From NCBI GenBank assembly GCA_964016885.1, contig OZ024756.1, forward strand, positions 33,356,001-33,420,000: a stretch of DNA of 64,000 nt. Reading direction: 5' to 3'. This document shows positions 29,360 to 44,640 of the stretch, in pieces. The notes under the pieces were generated by a model. The model was given only the letters and a program-made list of their open reading frames with translations. It ran no database searches and was not told the DNA's origin. Origin of the DNA: Eledone cirrhosa. Taxonomy: Eukaryota. The number at the start of each line of letters is the position of its first letter. The first letter of the stretch is position 1. A program made the translations under genes and the position numbers.

Positions 29360-30557
29360 CTATATATATATATTGATGTATATTGTACATTTACCATGCA
29401 ATTTAAATTACTTACGTTTTACTGGGATTTAAATAACGCAAGATTTAACCTGATATTTCTATTAATTGATATGGATTCAAACTTAACCCAGTCTACAGAG
29501 CATTGGAATGCAATGAAAAAGATGAACTACATGGTTCCTGTGATTGACACATTAAAATATTCATGAATGCTAATGACAAAGACGCAAACTAATTTGTCTG
29601 GTAAAAATCAATACTTTAGCTGTGAAATGGTGCACTGATACGATTTGTAATGATGATTGTTTCTGTAGTAAGACGGAAAGGTAGGTCTGGATGTTTCGGT
29701 TACTGACAGTGTCTTAATTACTTTTGCTGCCAAATGTAAATTGATGAGTTGTTACAATGACATTTTCCTATTTAGTCACTGTCAAGGTGATGTGTTTCTA
29801 GCAAAACTAACAAAAACAAAGAAGAATTGGAAGCATAGCACGGTAGGCGACATGTGGTCTCTTATTGGTTCAATTACCACCATCGTTGCATATACTACAT
29901 GATTTAAATCTAAACATTCTCTACTACATACTACTACTGCAATAGCAATATATCTTGAAACGAAAATCAAACTGCACTCTGATTACATCACATTAAAATT
30001 TAATATAATTTATCTCATGTTCACCAAGATTTTGCCACTAGTAGAATATTATAGATGTGTGAACTAACACAACTGTTTTTATTATATTTCTTGCAGGGTT
30101 ACAATTAGTTAATCATGGAATACAATATACTATGACTTTGGTCCTTTGTAGTGGTGTGGCAACTGGATTGCTGTATCTAAGAATAGACCAAACCTTTCTC
30201 AAAGACTATACATTGGATACAGGGATAAATGGGTTTTTGTTTTCTTGAATGAAAACTATGCATTGTTTTTGATTTAAAAGAAATAATCGGAGAAAATGGA
30301 CAGGAAGAACACTTGCTTTAAGTATACTTTTTATAGTATGATAAGGTATTTTAATTAATTAAAATTCCACATTTAATGAGTAGAATCATTATCTAAATTA
30401 ATGATTCTTATATAAAGATATGGAGCAAGTGAGGCATGCACGGAATTCTGATTAATTAAAATTAATTATATTTTGAATGCGTTACCAATGAGCCCGAAAC
30501 CCATCCGGAGTTTTCATCTTAGAGGTAAAAATCAGACTTACTCATTACTGCTTTCAT

Positions 30558-30739
30558 TTGGCACTATCGGTAGAGGGTTGGACGCCATGCTTTCTAGCAT
30601 AGTTACGTCCCTTTATGATCTGAGTTCAAATCCCGCCGAGGTTAACTTTGCCTTTCATCCTTACGGGGTCGATAAAATAAAGTACCACTAATGCACTGGA
30701 ATAATTGCTGGCCTTGTGCCAACATTAGAAACAGTTATT
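30558..30739 (+). mobile_element. tRNA-derived SINE
   Basis: Same family. Confidence 0.9.
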
Positions 30740-31960
30740 TGATTAAACGAGATCTAGTTATTCAGATAATCACATTTCTGCTCAATATTTGTATCATTCA
30801 AATTTTGTTTAAATGTCTTGGTTCACGACATCATACATGATTGTTTCCTCTCTCATATTTGACTTCAAAAGATATTCATGAGAGAATGTAACGTGTCATG
30901 AACTGCGCTGGCCAGATTCTTACTAAGGACGATATATTGATTTTCCTGTTGCTTTCCTTGCGTATGTTCTGGTCAATATCTGCATCAAAAACGTAACACC
31001 AAAGCTACACTAAAAGATGAATCAAAACACAATGCTTGAAATAATGAAAACTCTACTAAGTATTAAGCTATAGTATTTCACCATGCCATATAGGCATACA
31101 TGTAACGTTTTTGAAAAACTTTTTGATCGTAAAATAGCCATGAAATGTATATTCCGCGTACAATGTACAAATATTATATAATCGGACTTCTTTTCATCTT
31201 TTAAAAAAAGGTCAGAATATAATTTACAGAATACTTCACTGGTATTTGAAGTAGGGAGAATGAGTGTAATTAATCCCATTGACTAGTAAGCCAATCGTTT
31301 GTCTGGTGGTTTTGACACCAAAATTGAAATTCGTTTTAGATACTAGCGAAAGAAAAAACAATCTCCTAATATCTTATGAATTGCAGGTGAAATGAAGTAG
31401 ACGCGTCGATGGAAGAAACAAATATTAATTTGAAAGAAATCTTACATAAGCTGTATCAAATCCAAAGAGACAGCTTTCTTTTCCACGCTACTACTTCATG
31501 CTAATGAATAATTTTAATAGTTCTCAGAGGAACTTTCACTGACATTTAACAAATGATTATATTACAGTTAAACTATATTTTGGAAATATTGGAAGCATTC
31601 AATTTGTTCGTTATGTGACCCCTCTTAACTTTAATAAAGTATTTAATCACCCAACTATCTATGTGCCAACATATTCTGTTGCAATGATAGGGATGACATC
31701 GTGGCATAAAAACCTGGTTGTGCCCATCTCTCAGCTGGACTGAAGAGAGACGATTCAACCCAGAGAAACCAAAGAGAAATAGAGATAAATTAATAAAGTG
31801 ATATAGTAGTTTATTCACCCCATCTCCTATAGGACTATTAGTTTTATTTACTTCAAATCAGAAAAAGATAGAGCTTTGACGATATGTGTATATTGAATAT
31901 GATGTTTAGTGTAATGTGTTGGTTTAATGCAATGCAGTGTGGTGATTTTCAGAAATATCT

Positions 31961-32156
31961 TAATAGTTGTTTCTTCCTTTGGAACAAAGCCAGCAATTAT
32001 CTCAGTGTATTACTGGTACTTTATTTTATCGACCTCGTACGGATGAAAGGCAATGTTAACCTCGGCGGGATTTGAACTCAGACCATAAAGGGCCGTAAGT
32101 CTTTGCTGCAAAGCATGGCGTCTGACCCTCTACCGATGCTGCCAATCCTCCACCCT
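31961..32156 (-). mobile_element. tRNA-derived SINE
   Basis: Same family. Confidence 0.9.
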
Positions 32157-32699
32157 CCCATGCGGGTCCATATGGTACAGTATGTTAAATGTTAGGAGAG
32201 GAGTGTCACTTTCTATAATATAGGCCTCCATACTACAAGGCTACAAACAATATGTAATAATAACGGCTGAAATATATTTTATCCAACTACTAGTGAATGT
32301 TGAGTAAAGTATGAGTGAAGGAAATAACAGGTTAACCATAGCACGATTCTTTGATCATAAATCTGCTTGATTAGGGAAGATCCGAAGCTAAACAGCTTGG
32401 ACAATAACAAAAAGCAGATAAATCATGTTTTTAGTTATTGATGACATTAGATAAAACGGGCAGCCATGTTATTTAGATATTTGATTGATGATAGAAAAAA
32501 GAACTACCCCCTATAATACTAATAAAGAAAAGGCAAACAAAACAGAACAAAAACGTTTCTTCTGTGTCTGTTGAAATCCAATCTTAAGAACAAACAACAG
32601 AAAGCTTGATGTTATAATTTAATATCTCTTCGTTAATATCAATAAGCGTTCTATGATTGGTGACTTGGCAGAAAAAAAAGAGACGGTGTGTTGGCAAAA

Positions 32700-33420
32700 G
32701 ATGTGGCGTGCGGCAAAACTATAGTGAGTTAACGGAGTTGTTAAAACGTCGGACAAATCTTCGCAGTGTCTGTTACGATTCTTTCCGGGTTCAAAATTCC
32801 GATGAGGTCAACTTTAACTTTCAATATTCAAGGGGTATAAATTAAATTACTAGTCAAGGTCTATATAATCACCTTTCCATTTTCTTCAGATTACTGGTCT
32901 TGATAAAATATTAGAAGAAACTCTACCCTGCCATGGTTAACTTTCCTTTCCAACTATCAGGGGTCGATAAAATAAAATACCAGCCAAGTAATATGGCTCA
33001 TTTATTCAGTTTTACAATTCTCCCATATCAGATGACATTGTGCCTAAATTAGAAATCAATATTATTGAATATTCTGTGATTGGTGACTTGGTATGTGTGG
33101 ATTTAGGGGAATCGATAGAAATTGTGTTACAGAATTTAGTTACATCATTTCACCTTCTGAGTTCAAATCCCACCGAGGTCATGGTTTGCCTTTCATCTGT
33201 CGGGTGTCGAAAGCGATAAAATAACATATGAGTCAAGAGTATTTAATTGATTGTACCCCCCCCCCCCACACACACACACACATCAAAAATGGTCTCTTTA
33301 TGTCAATGTTAGAAATCAATATTGATAAACCATTTATTTTCCAAACCTTTCAAGGTCAACTTTGCTTCTCTACGATGCGAGGGTCTGTAGAAATAAATTA
33401 CCAGATCAGAATTATAGTGT
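32700..33420 (+). mobile_element. Cluster of old, diverged SINE copies
   Basis: Repeated GTTCAAA..CC..GAGGTC and GGGGTCGATAAAATAAA remnants. Confidence 0.65.
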
Positions 33421-33988
33421 TGATATAATCAAATACACTACCCATTCAAATTCCACATGGTATTGTGTTGGTGCAAGAAATAATTAGTAACTACTTTTAT
33501 AAAGCAGGGCAAACACAGATTTATCGGGAAATATAAGGAGGTTGGGTGTCATGCGAGTATTTCAGATTTCTTCCTAAGATAGAAAGTGAGAAAAAGGAAA
33601 ATGAGAAAGGGGATACACAGGAAGAATCCTCCCCAGTACTGGTATCTTTAGGTCGACCTCGATTCTAACTGAACCCATTCTGATATATATATATATTTAA
33701 TCCTGGTATGTATATAAGCATTTCTAACATTAATTTTTACCTAATTATGTATGGTTGACCGTATATTTAATTAATTTCCACGTGCTGTTGAAATGTTGGG
33801 TAAATATTCTATAGCGGTTGGACGGGAAGACGCCGTAGTGGCGTATTTATTTACTGTTTCTTCATAGATGCCTTTTATTCTTATAACCTGGTCTAATTGA
33901 TTTTTTGTGTGGTTAATTATGTTGATTGGGAGTAGAGATGATGTATATATATTATCAAATAATTCTCTGGACATGCTTTACTCTATAG

Positions 33989-34057
<69 letters not shown>

Positions 34058-34077
34058 TCTGTCATTAGTACCACAGA

Positions 34078-34180
34078 GGTCAGACGAGCGTTTCATTCCA
34101 GAGTCGGGCCAGAGTTAATCAGTAGCGAAGCGCGCGTCACCAGCCAATAAACGTAATGAAGGAGCAACTATTCGTCCTTG
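34078..34180 (+). mobile_element. Family E fragment with a decayed HHR
   Basis: GGT-CAGACGA-GC...GC-GAAGC-GCGC-GTC-ACC, then CCAATAAACGTAATGAAGGAG homologous to 44980-45040. Confidence 0.6.
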
Positions 34181-34188
34181 TATTATAT

Positions 34189-34238
<50 letters not shown>

Positions 34239-34510
34239 ATACATGTGGAGGGTCATATTTGTGTAATATTGCCAGAATTAATAACAGAACATACTCACTC
34301 AAAAATAATACAGATACAGTATAGACACAAACACATATATATAGTTTATCAAAGTTCTTTCGTTGCACATCTGCAACACCGTCAGTGGTGCTATTGTTTC
34401 CTCCCGTTGCATTGTATTTTCTACGCCATCTTTATTTAGTCTGTTTATAACAATATTTATTTCGACGCACGATTTCATATCAAAAACCTCGCAAAACTAA
34501 TTCATCTCCG

Positions 34511-34640
<130 letters not shown>

Positions 34641-35052
34641 ATATATAGTCAAACATGCATTTATACAATATACATTCCTATATAGGGATATATTTACATA
34701 CACACACACGTGTATAAGTGCATACAGACCTGCATTCATATGAGATCTGTTTCGATTCGGAGAGCTTATCCGTTTATCATTTGATGCATGAGACATCATC
34801 GCACATACATATGTCAAGATGTACACGATGGCTGCATCTCGTTTCGAATATGACTTTGCAGCCATGCCAAGGACGGACTTATATTCGTTTCTACATATGC
34901 GGCAGTAGTAAAAGTAAAGGCTTTATTCGACTGTTGTTTGCCATGATGCCTATGCAAGGCAAATTAATGATGTTTAGATCTTGTGATGTGGGAACTTGAA
35001 GCTTAAATGAATGAAGACTTTGCACTTGACTAATCCTTCTCTCTGAACAACA

Positions 35053-35110
<58 letters not shown>

Positions 35111-35973
35111 AGTTGTTTCCCATATAGTCATTGGCTTTACAAGATAGTCTTCCGTCCCTTGAATGATGTCCTAATATGGAGAATATGTCTCTCCCGCTGA
35201 TCTAACCACGCGCTGGAGTACCAAACCGAGTATTTCCATGTCCCTGCTTATACATACGTACATATATACATACATTCATACGTACATACATATACACACA
35301 TAATATATACGTACATGCACACAAACGTACATACTGATAGATAGGCATTCATTCTGTATAAAAACGAAAATTGAATCTGTGCACATATATGTATGTACAA
35401 TATAGGAGTGAGTCTAATCATCTTTTATTCTCTGTCTGTTTGTCTAACCACAAATCTGTACTGCCTTTCCACGTTTTCCTATGTGTGTATATGTGTTTAT
35501 ATACGTGCGCGTTTTAAAGAAAATGAAGCTACCACCACTCCTTCCCAAAAGTCCACCACCCTCTCACCTTTTCCTACACACAACATAACTCCAACATCAG
35601 ACACCTTCTCACAATGATAAGACAGAATTCTAATTTCAAAAGCAATATACAACACTAAATAACCCTAGATCACCTTCAGTGATAAAAAACATAAGCCAAA
35701 TATATTTTCCAATTTTTACACACCTTAAACCCTATCACTCAAAATATTTCTTTTTTTTCTCACAATTTCTTTTACGGGATTGAGTGTATGTGTGAGCACG
35801 TATGTCTGTGCGTATGTGTATGTGTTTATTTCAATTTATCAATTTCTTATTTCTATATTCAAAACAAAAATATTCCATTCTTAGATACTTATTAAAAATG
35901 TTGGTCAAGTAGAGAAAAACAAGATCCATCGGGTTATTTTTATGACCAGAACTATCTGGTCTCTACAATAATA

Positions 35974-36077
<104 letters not shown>

Positions 36078-37376
36078 GCGTACATACATACACACGTACA
36101 CAAATATTCACCACAGATAGAAACAATTAAATCAGACACAAAATAACAACTATTTATAGAAAGGGTATTTTATTTTATTGATCTGGGAAGGCTGACATAT
36201 AAAACTGATCTCGGAATTTGAATTGGTACATAAATACACGGAACAAATACCGCAAAACCTTTTCATCCGAAGATCTCACAATATTTCTTCAACACCACCA
36301 ATCCTAATATATAATTACATAAGATGTCATCACTCTAAGAAATTTGCCTGCCTCAAAAATACGTATATTTACAAGCCGAATATACCACCTGTAAATAAAT
36401 ATATGTCTCGAAGCTTTAATGGCCCAAGAAATCATCCTTCTGACAGATAAGACTTCTATTTAAAAATAAAGTCATAGTTCATAGTTTTACGCGTTATGCA
36501 AATTAGACTGATCATTTCGAGTATTTTCTATCGTATATAAGTGATATATACATAGTGTTGTCTTAACATTATGCCTATGAACTCGGAAACAGGTTTAGGT
36601 ATTCCCTGATGAGGACTAAATGACATAAAATGCAGACAGTTATATCTTTCGTTGTTCGGAGGTATATTTGAAAGTGTTTACACATCACAGCTCAATCTTT
36701 TCATAGCCAAGACTTATAATAAATGAATAACATAGTTATATCTACCTTAATTTTACAATAAACCTTCAAGTGTACATAGTGTTCTCTCATAGATATTTGT
36801 TATATATATATATATATATATTTACATTTATATATATATATATATACACACACACATATATACACACACACATATATATATATATATATTTACATATATG
36901 TATATAAATGTATATGTGTGTGTGTTCGTGTACGTTTGTGTATGCATGTATGTGTTTGTATCTGACTCTAACTGTTTGTATCTGTGTGTATCTGTGTGTG
37001 GATGTGAGGAGTTGGATATGTATGTTTGTGTGTGTGTACTGCACAGAAACACTCAGATATACATAAACATTAATAATATCTCCCAGAATCTAAGCATGCA
37101 AACCTTTGAAAGCAATGAAAACATAACGAAAAAGAAAGGAAATGAAATGGAAGGAACTGATAGACACCAGCCTCTACTGAGACTTTCATTTCTAACTACG
37201 TATATATATCTTACATTTGTATTAATAATTTAACAAGAAATGGAACCGAAAGAAAATCTCAAAAGCCAAGTTCAAAGATATGAATGGACGGTGTAAGATA
37301 TTCCATCAGATGTGTCACGCAATCGCATGTTATAGGTCTATAGATGCGGAAGTAGTACACGATGAATTTTATGACT

Positions 37377-37512
37377 TTGGTTGGTCGGTTGGCTGGTTGG
37401 TCTGTTGGTTGGTAGGCTAGTTGGCTGGTTAGTCAGTTGGTGAGTTGGCTGGTTGTCTAGTAGGTCGGTGGGTGAGTGGTTTGGTAAAGTGTTGTTTGAT
37501 ATGATGGTTGGT
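37377..37512. repeat. Degenerate (TTGG)n tetranucleotide repeat
   Basis: Direct observation. Confidence 0.85.
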
Positions 37513-37623
37513 AAGAATTGGTGTGCGTGTATGTATAAAATACATATTTGTATGTATCCAATTTCGGTTTGGTTATATGTATATATATGTATGTATATGT
37601 CTATGTGTGTGTATATATATATA

Positions 37624-37695
<72 letters not shown>

Positions 37696-37700
<5 letters not shown>

Positions 37701-37930
37701 GTAACCTGAGTTTTTCGAATATTTATAACATTCGATTCGCTTGCAAGTATGCAAGCCTCAATTTTATAGCCATGTCAGTAGAATGAACCCTTCATTCTTG
37801 CTTTATGTAATATAGAAATGTCTTCTATAGGACAAGAACTGTTTCATTCGAAAGAAATCATCAGAGCGTTATACTCTGCTAGGTATTGAATACCATACTT
37901 ACTGTGGTTACCCCCGATTGAACCCGGGAT
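37696..37930. mobile_element. Family B PLE-like tail with a minus-strand HHR (~37822-37866)
   Basis: Minus strand CTGATGA-TTTCTTTCGAAT-GAAAC-AGTTCTTGTCCT-ATA; the right flank ACTTACTGTGGTTACC..GATTGAACC matches 60151-60180 in the opposite orientation relative to the HHR. Confidence 0.7.
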
Positions 37931-38134
37931 AAACGTTTCATTTGACCAGGTGTATTTTTCTCAACCTGTTAGTTCTATCGTTACTTTGGTATGTTATTGT
38001 GGGTTAGATTTTTCCTACCACAATGTTAAGCTATTTAAAGTATGTTATTACTCTAAGGACCTAACTCATCACCTCATAAGTAGGCCGAATTTGCTTGCAA
38101 ACCGCCAGAGATTCGATTTTACTAAATATCCAAT

Positions 38135-38206
<72 letters not shown>

Positions 38207-38304
38207 GAAATATGCATATATATATATATAGATGTGTGTGTGTGCATATATGTATATATATATATATGATTACATAAGTATATCTACCTATATTTCTCTA
38301 TATT

Positions 38305-38375
<71 letters not shown>

Positions 38376-38384
38376 AATAAATAA

Positions 38385-38433
<49 letters not shown>

Positions 38434-39393
38434 AGATATACTTATATATATATATCATACGTAGTATAACATCTACGTTAAAATACTAATGGGATTTGTT
38501 ATGCATTTAATAATTTATTATTAAAATAAAAGATTAAAATAGCGAAGTTGTTTTATTACATGAAACAGGATGCCTCTTTATTCTTATTACTGAGCAAGAC
38601 AATATATTCTATGCAGCATTCGAAAATTGCTTTATTTGTGTAGTCATGGCGATATGCTTGTATGACTAATGTTACTTGCTGTGTGAGAAGCATTATATAT
38701 CAGGTGTTTTTCCTTTGTTTAGTAATCAGACAATTATTCTGTTTGAAACGTGCTGAATTATGGAAAACAAAAATACAGAGAAGATGTTGTATTTGCTAAA
38801 GCAATGGGTATAAAGTTGAAGTATGTGGAGACGAAATAGAGACATAGAGGTCAAAATATCGTTGATAAGTTCACAGACTCTGATGAAATAACTTTGACAA
38901 TTAATTAATCGGTTGTCTGACCTATTGATGCATAGATTAATTTTCTGAATATTAATGGTTCTTAATTTAAACAAAAAAAATAGCAGTTTAAGTGGGAATG
39001 GAAAATCTATCACCCACGTACTTGACTGGTACTTTGTGTCGACGCCTAATTGATGCGAGGCAAATTTGGCCTCCAGGATTTTCATCTCATAGACAAAATG
39101 GCCCTATCTACAAACTACAAATCATTTTCTCAGATGCTTTGATGATTCTGATTCTTCTAATCCATCACATATATCTGATAAATAATCCCTTCTAATATTC
39201 GCCCATGACCCACAATTTGTTGGGAATAAGTACCTCCATTACACTGAAACTGGTGTTTAGTTGGTGCTTATTGACCACTGTAGGATGAAAATCAAAGTTA
39301 TTCTTACGTGGATGTATTATCCAACCATGAAGAGTGTTTCACCTAAACAGCCCCTTTTGACTAATTAGCAATAAAGCCGTGTTTTTCTGTGAG

Positions 39394-39438
39394 CCTTAAC
39401 CCTAACACTAACCCTACACTAACCCTAACCCTAACCCT
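39394..39438. repeat. Degenerate interstitial (CCCTAA)n telomere-like tract
   Basis: CCTTAACCCTAACACTAACCCTACACTAACCCTAACCCTAACCCT. Confidence 0.8.
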
Positions 39439-40564
39439 CACAAAATACATCATTAACCAATCCAACACACGATTTTACATCAAGTATCTTGCAAAAAAAT
39501 ATAAAATTGAAATATAGAAATATTTTCGTTGTGGCTTTATCTCATCCTGTCTCTCAAAGAGATGTATTGTGTTGTGTGCTAATATCTTATCTAGATTTGA
39601 AGTAAATTGTTATGTCTATCATATTCATGGGTGGTTTAGCAAACCCCCTAGATTTAGATATCCTTTCTCGTGTCTACGACGATCATTTTGCTTTGTATCA
39701 ATACGGAGTTGATAAAGAAAGTATCATACCAGTTTTTATGTAAACCTATCTCCTTCAATAACTGTGACATCCTTGATATCCTGCTGAATAAAAGGAGTTA
39801 GGGCTGCGACAGCGAAGTTGTCGTTGTTTACTTCTGACTACGTAGGCACTTAAAATCTTGGCGAAAACATTTTACACACTACCAAGTCGTACGTTTTGGG
39901 TGTTTAGAGTACATTTTATATTAAAATAAAATTATAATGATTATAATGTAATGCGCCCTGTATTATTTAGACAGTAAGTGTGTGTTTTTAGTATGATTTG
40001 GTACGATTTAGTTACTATTTCAGTCAAGACCGGCTACTAGTAGAGGCTACTTACTATCTTATATTAAATAGTATTCATGTTAATCGATCAAAGTCTTTGA
40101 TTTTAATTTGTTTTTCTTCGTTTAAAGCCAGCTAGTGGTGGATATATAGCCATATGAATAAACAACTGAATTCCAACCATGCCCATCCCATTATTATCGT
40201 CATGTACAATACTTCCAGAACAACATTTTCTAATGTGTCACTTTGCTTGCTTCTAAGACAAGGTAAAATATGATTGGGGAGATAATTCTTTGAAGCAACT
40301 TCTTTGCTATTCAAACCTATTGAACGAACGTCTGTAATCCGCCTCTCTGGCACATGACGCCATCTATATTTTCTTAGTGATAGTGAAATACGTTAGTTAG
40401 AATGGCAACAATGTACTTCTTTCAGCTGTCATATGCAGACATTTGATAGCAGGAAATATATTCCTTACAGAATAGCTAACAATCTTTTTGGCTGCTTGAT
40501 ACCTTCATACAAAAGACGAAACCAGACAAAACTATCAAGCGGAAATAGGAACAGAATATATATG

Positions 40565-40906
<342 letters not shown>

Positions 40907-41370
40907 TATACATATATATATATATATAAATATATATATATGTGTGTGTCTGTTGTGTATGTGTGTATGTGTGTGTGTATGTGTGTGTATGTATTAACAC
41001 CAAAACTGTCGCTAATGAGCTTAATCATATATGTGTAATGGTGTTAGTATTGACGACAGGCATAATGATGATGTTCATAATGATGATGGGGCGGTAGATA
41101 TACTGTTGCACATGATAAAGTTCATCTTCCTCATCATCATAATCATCAGGATCACCATCATCTTCATCACTATTTTGATTAATATTGTATCCATTAAATC
41201 ACTGCCAACTGAAAATCTTAAAACACATCAAATCAAAGCAGGATTCCAAGTTATGCCAAATGGATTGTTTATATTCGAAGACAGTTAGTAATTGGTAGAA
41301 ATAATTTTCTTGTACTAAAATAACATCTGTATATTAAATAAAATTTTGCAAAATCAGCGTAGACGTGCTA

Positions 41371-41666
41371 AATAATTATTTCTACTTTTGGCACAAGGCC
41401 ACCAATTATCCCAATGCATTACTGGTACTTTATTTTATCGACCCCATAAGGATGAAAAGCAAAGTTAACTACGACGGAATTTGAATTCAGACTGTAAAAG
41501 TGCGAAAATCTATGCTGCAAAGCATGGCGTCCGACCCTCTACTGATACTGCTAATCCACGCTAAATAATTGTTTCTACTATTGGTACAAGGCCAGCAATT
41601 ACCCAGTACATTACTGGTACTTTATTTTATCGACCCCGTAAGGATGAAAGGCAAAGTTAACCTCGA
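41371..41666 (-). mobile_element. Two tandem SINEs (41371-41561 full, 41564-41666 5'-truncated)
   Basis: Same family. Confidence 0.88.
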
Positions 41667-42340
41667 ATATTAAGAAGAACAACATGGCTTTTGTTGAAAT
41701 CAGAGAAGGATACTAAAGTGGTTTATCAATAGCCTAAATATGTCCTTTAGATCATACATTTCGAAACATGCGGCCGTTTGTAAGCACACATGCGGCCCAC
41801 TCAAAGGTTTTTACAGCGCCAGCATGTTTTATCTTCGTAATATAAAATTTAAAAATTAGTTGTCGTGTATGACCATCAGACAACACATATGTGACCAATG
41901 TGTCCCTCGAGGGACCCTCAGTTTGACTTGCCTGCCTTAGATCATATATTTGGTAAAGCACACAAGAATTATTGATATAACCTGGGACATGAAGAAGCAA
42001 GACAAACACATAATTCTTTGAGATTTAAAATCACACTGAAATTTGAATATAAGGATACGACTGAATTTGTGATGTTTTGTATTTTCTGCCAAATCACCCA
42101 ACTGAATGAACACAATTATTGCTTGTGTCTTTACAGCTAAATTACCATAGTTTTGCATTTAATTTAGAGAGTTTTGGCAAGAAATAAATGAATTAATATA
42201 AGTGGAAATCAACATTAAGAGATAAGCGAACAAAACTGGAAAAATTTATGTTCCGAAATTGATACATGTATCTAGCAGTAATTACATCTCGTTCGTAAAT
42301 ACTATGAGACATATGGGAGTATTTTGTATTTAGAAATCGT

Positions 42341-42407
<67 letters not shown>

Positions 42408-42472
42408 ATGTATGTATATATTATATATGTATAAAAGGTATATATATATAACACAGAGAGGCACACACGTAT

Positions 42473-42593
<121 letters not shown>

Positions 42594-42831
42594 CATGGGG
42601 TTGTGAGTGTGTATACGGTTAATTCTATGTCTAATGATTGAAAGATAGTTATTGAGACGTGTCTACTGACTAGCATTTATCTCATCAGGAAATGACTCTA
42701 AATTTATTCCTCTATAATTTTGGTATGAATGCCAAAATATCTCTGCACATATATATGAATACATGTATTGATATATAAATGAATAAATACACACACTTAT
42801 TCCTATACATATATACTCAGACACACCCACA

Positions 42832-42942
<111 letters not shown>

Positions 42943-43055
42943 ATATGTAGACAAACACATATAAATATATGCGTAACGGGTAAAAACAACAAAGGAGAAG
43001 GATAAAGTGCAGCTGTGATACGTATTTTTAATACCTGATATCATAGGAAAAAGGC

Positions 43056-43088
43056 ATAAGTTTCGGATATTAGTCCTTCGTCAGAGGG
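43056..43088 (-). ncRNA. Partial hammerhead core (3' side decayed)
   Basis: Minus strand CTGACGA-AGGA(CTAATA)TCC-GAAAC; no intact stem I or III partner. Confidence 0.45.
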
Positions 43089-43344
43089 TAGAATGTTAGA
43101 TAGAATACAAGGTCGAATAAAAGATGTTAGTAATAAAACGATGAAACGTAATCAAGTATTTTGTGTGTGGAAAGCTCGCGTTTGTTCAGTCAGTCTGTGT
43201 AGGCGTGTTAGCTGCATGCTTGGGAATTTTTGAGTACATCACATCGATAAGCCCGCTGAAAATATATATCTGTTACTACAATCAAGCTCTTTGATGAGAG
43301 AGTTGAAAATGTCATAAGATGACTATTAGGGTATGATACGCTAG

Positions 43345-43547
43345 ATGTGAAAAATTGCATCCGCTGTTGATGACGTTGTTGACTAAGAGAATGAAAGCTT
43401 TTTCACTAATGGGATCCATGCACTGCAACACTGAAGAATCGTCTGGACCGCAAAGAGGACTGGACTATATAGAAATATGAACCTGATTTGGTCGCATTTC
43501 ATGAGAGTATCTTGGTCAGCATATTAAATTTTCAATCGGCCCTTGTA
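43345..43547 (+). mobile_element. Mariner-family DNA transposon 3' remnant (transposase C-terminus and right TIR)
   Basis: VDDVVD*ENESFFTNGIHALQH* followed by LDRK..DYIE, like the mariner C-terminal FFxxGIxxLxxRWxKCVxxxGDYVE; ends TTTTCAATCGGCCCTTGTA. Confidence 0.75.
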
Positions 43548-44308
43548 TATAATCTAACAATGAGTTTTCAATACCGTATTCAATACAGTATTCAATTATT
43601 GCTGTTAAGTCAGAGATTGTTAAATATTATATTTAAAACCGCTTTGTTATTATGTCAATGGAATTGTAATATTTTTGTCGCATTGAAATGGACATTGAAA
43701 TGTCGCATTGTATTATATGGACAGTATTAAAAATCATAAATATTATATGAATAAGAATACATAAACGATTTGAGAAAGTATATTCTATCATAATTAATTT
43801 GAACGCTGGTTTCAAGTTTTCATTAATAAACATTCTACTATTTCCTTGGTGTTGCTCGAGCAAATGAAAACCTGTGATTAATTTCATAACACAATTAATA
43901 AGGAGCAAAATATATTAAAAAAACGAAACTATTTCACCAATGCATTCAAGTATGCAACGACAATAATAAGCGTAGCGGATTGGAATGATAGGTAGAGCGT
44001 CGGTAAGATATGATTGTGGTATTTGTTGTGGCCCTTTGTATTCTAGTTCATACACCACAGAGATAGACTTGCCATTCGTTATTCGAAGGGTGATTACATT
44101 AAGTAACAGTGAGGTACTGCTTTTGGTCTAAGCACTCTTGACCTCGCCCAGATTTGCTGGCCTCGTGCCTGTCAAAGTTATAGAGGAGAAACAGATTAGC
44201 TTACACGTGTGGCAAAGATAATATAATACATTATTCATCTAAGTAAGAATTTTCAGTAATTTATTCAATTACATATGGAATATGAACACATATATATATC
44301 TATATCTA

Positions 44309-44355
<47 letters not shown>

Positions 44356-44390
44356 ATATATATATATATAAATATATATATATATGTATA

Positions 44391-44475
<85 letters not shown>

Positions 44476-44640
44476 AGATAAATCTACCAAAAGTTTACGG
44501 TAGTGTCCAATCCGTATGAAGAACTCAATGTAATATGTCCTAGAAACGATCGTTAAATAATGAACTTTTTTTCTTTACTATAAGGAACTGTTTCTTTGTT
44601 TTATTTTTTAAATATTTTATATATATATATATATGTATAT

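Noticed and set aside
30096-30250. Possible host exon after TTTCTTGCAG
   Set aside because: Only ~50 open codons, no clear donor site and no recognisable protein.
36585-36620. GAAAC...CTGATGAGGAC as a permuted hammerhead
   Set aside because: Stems I and II cannot be paired.
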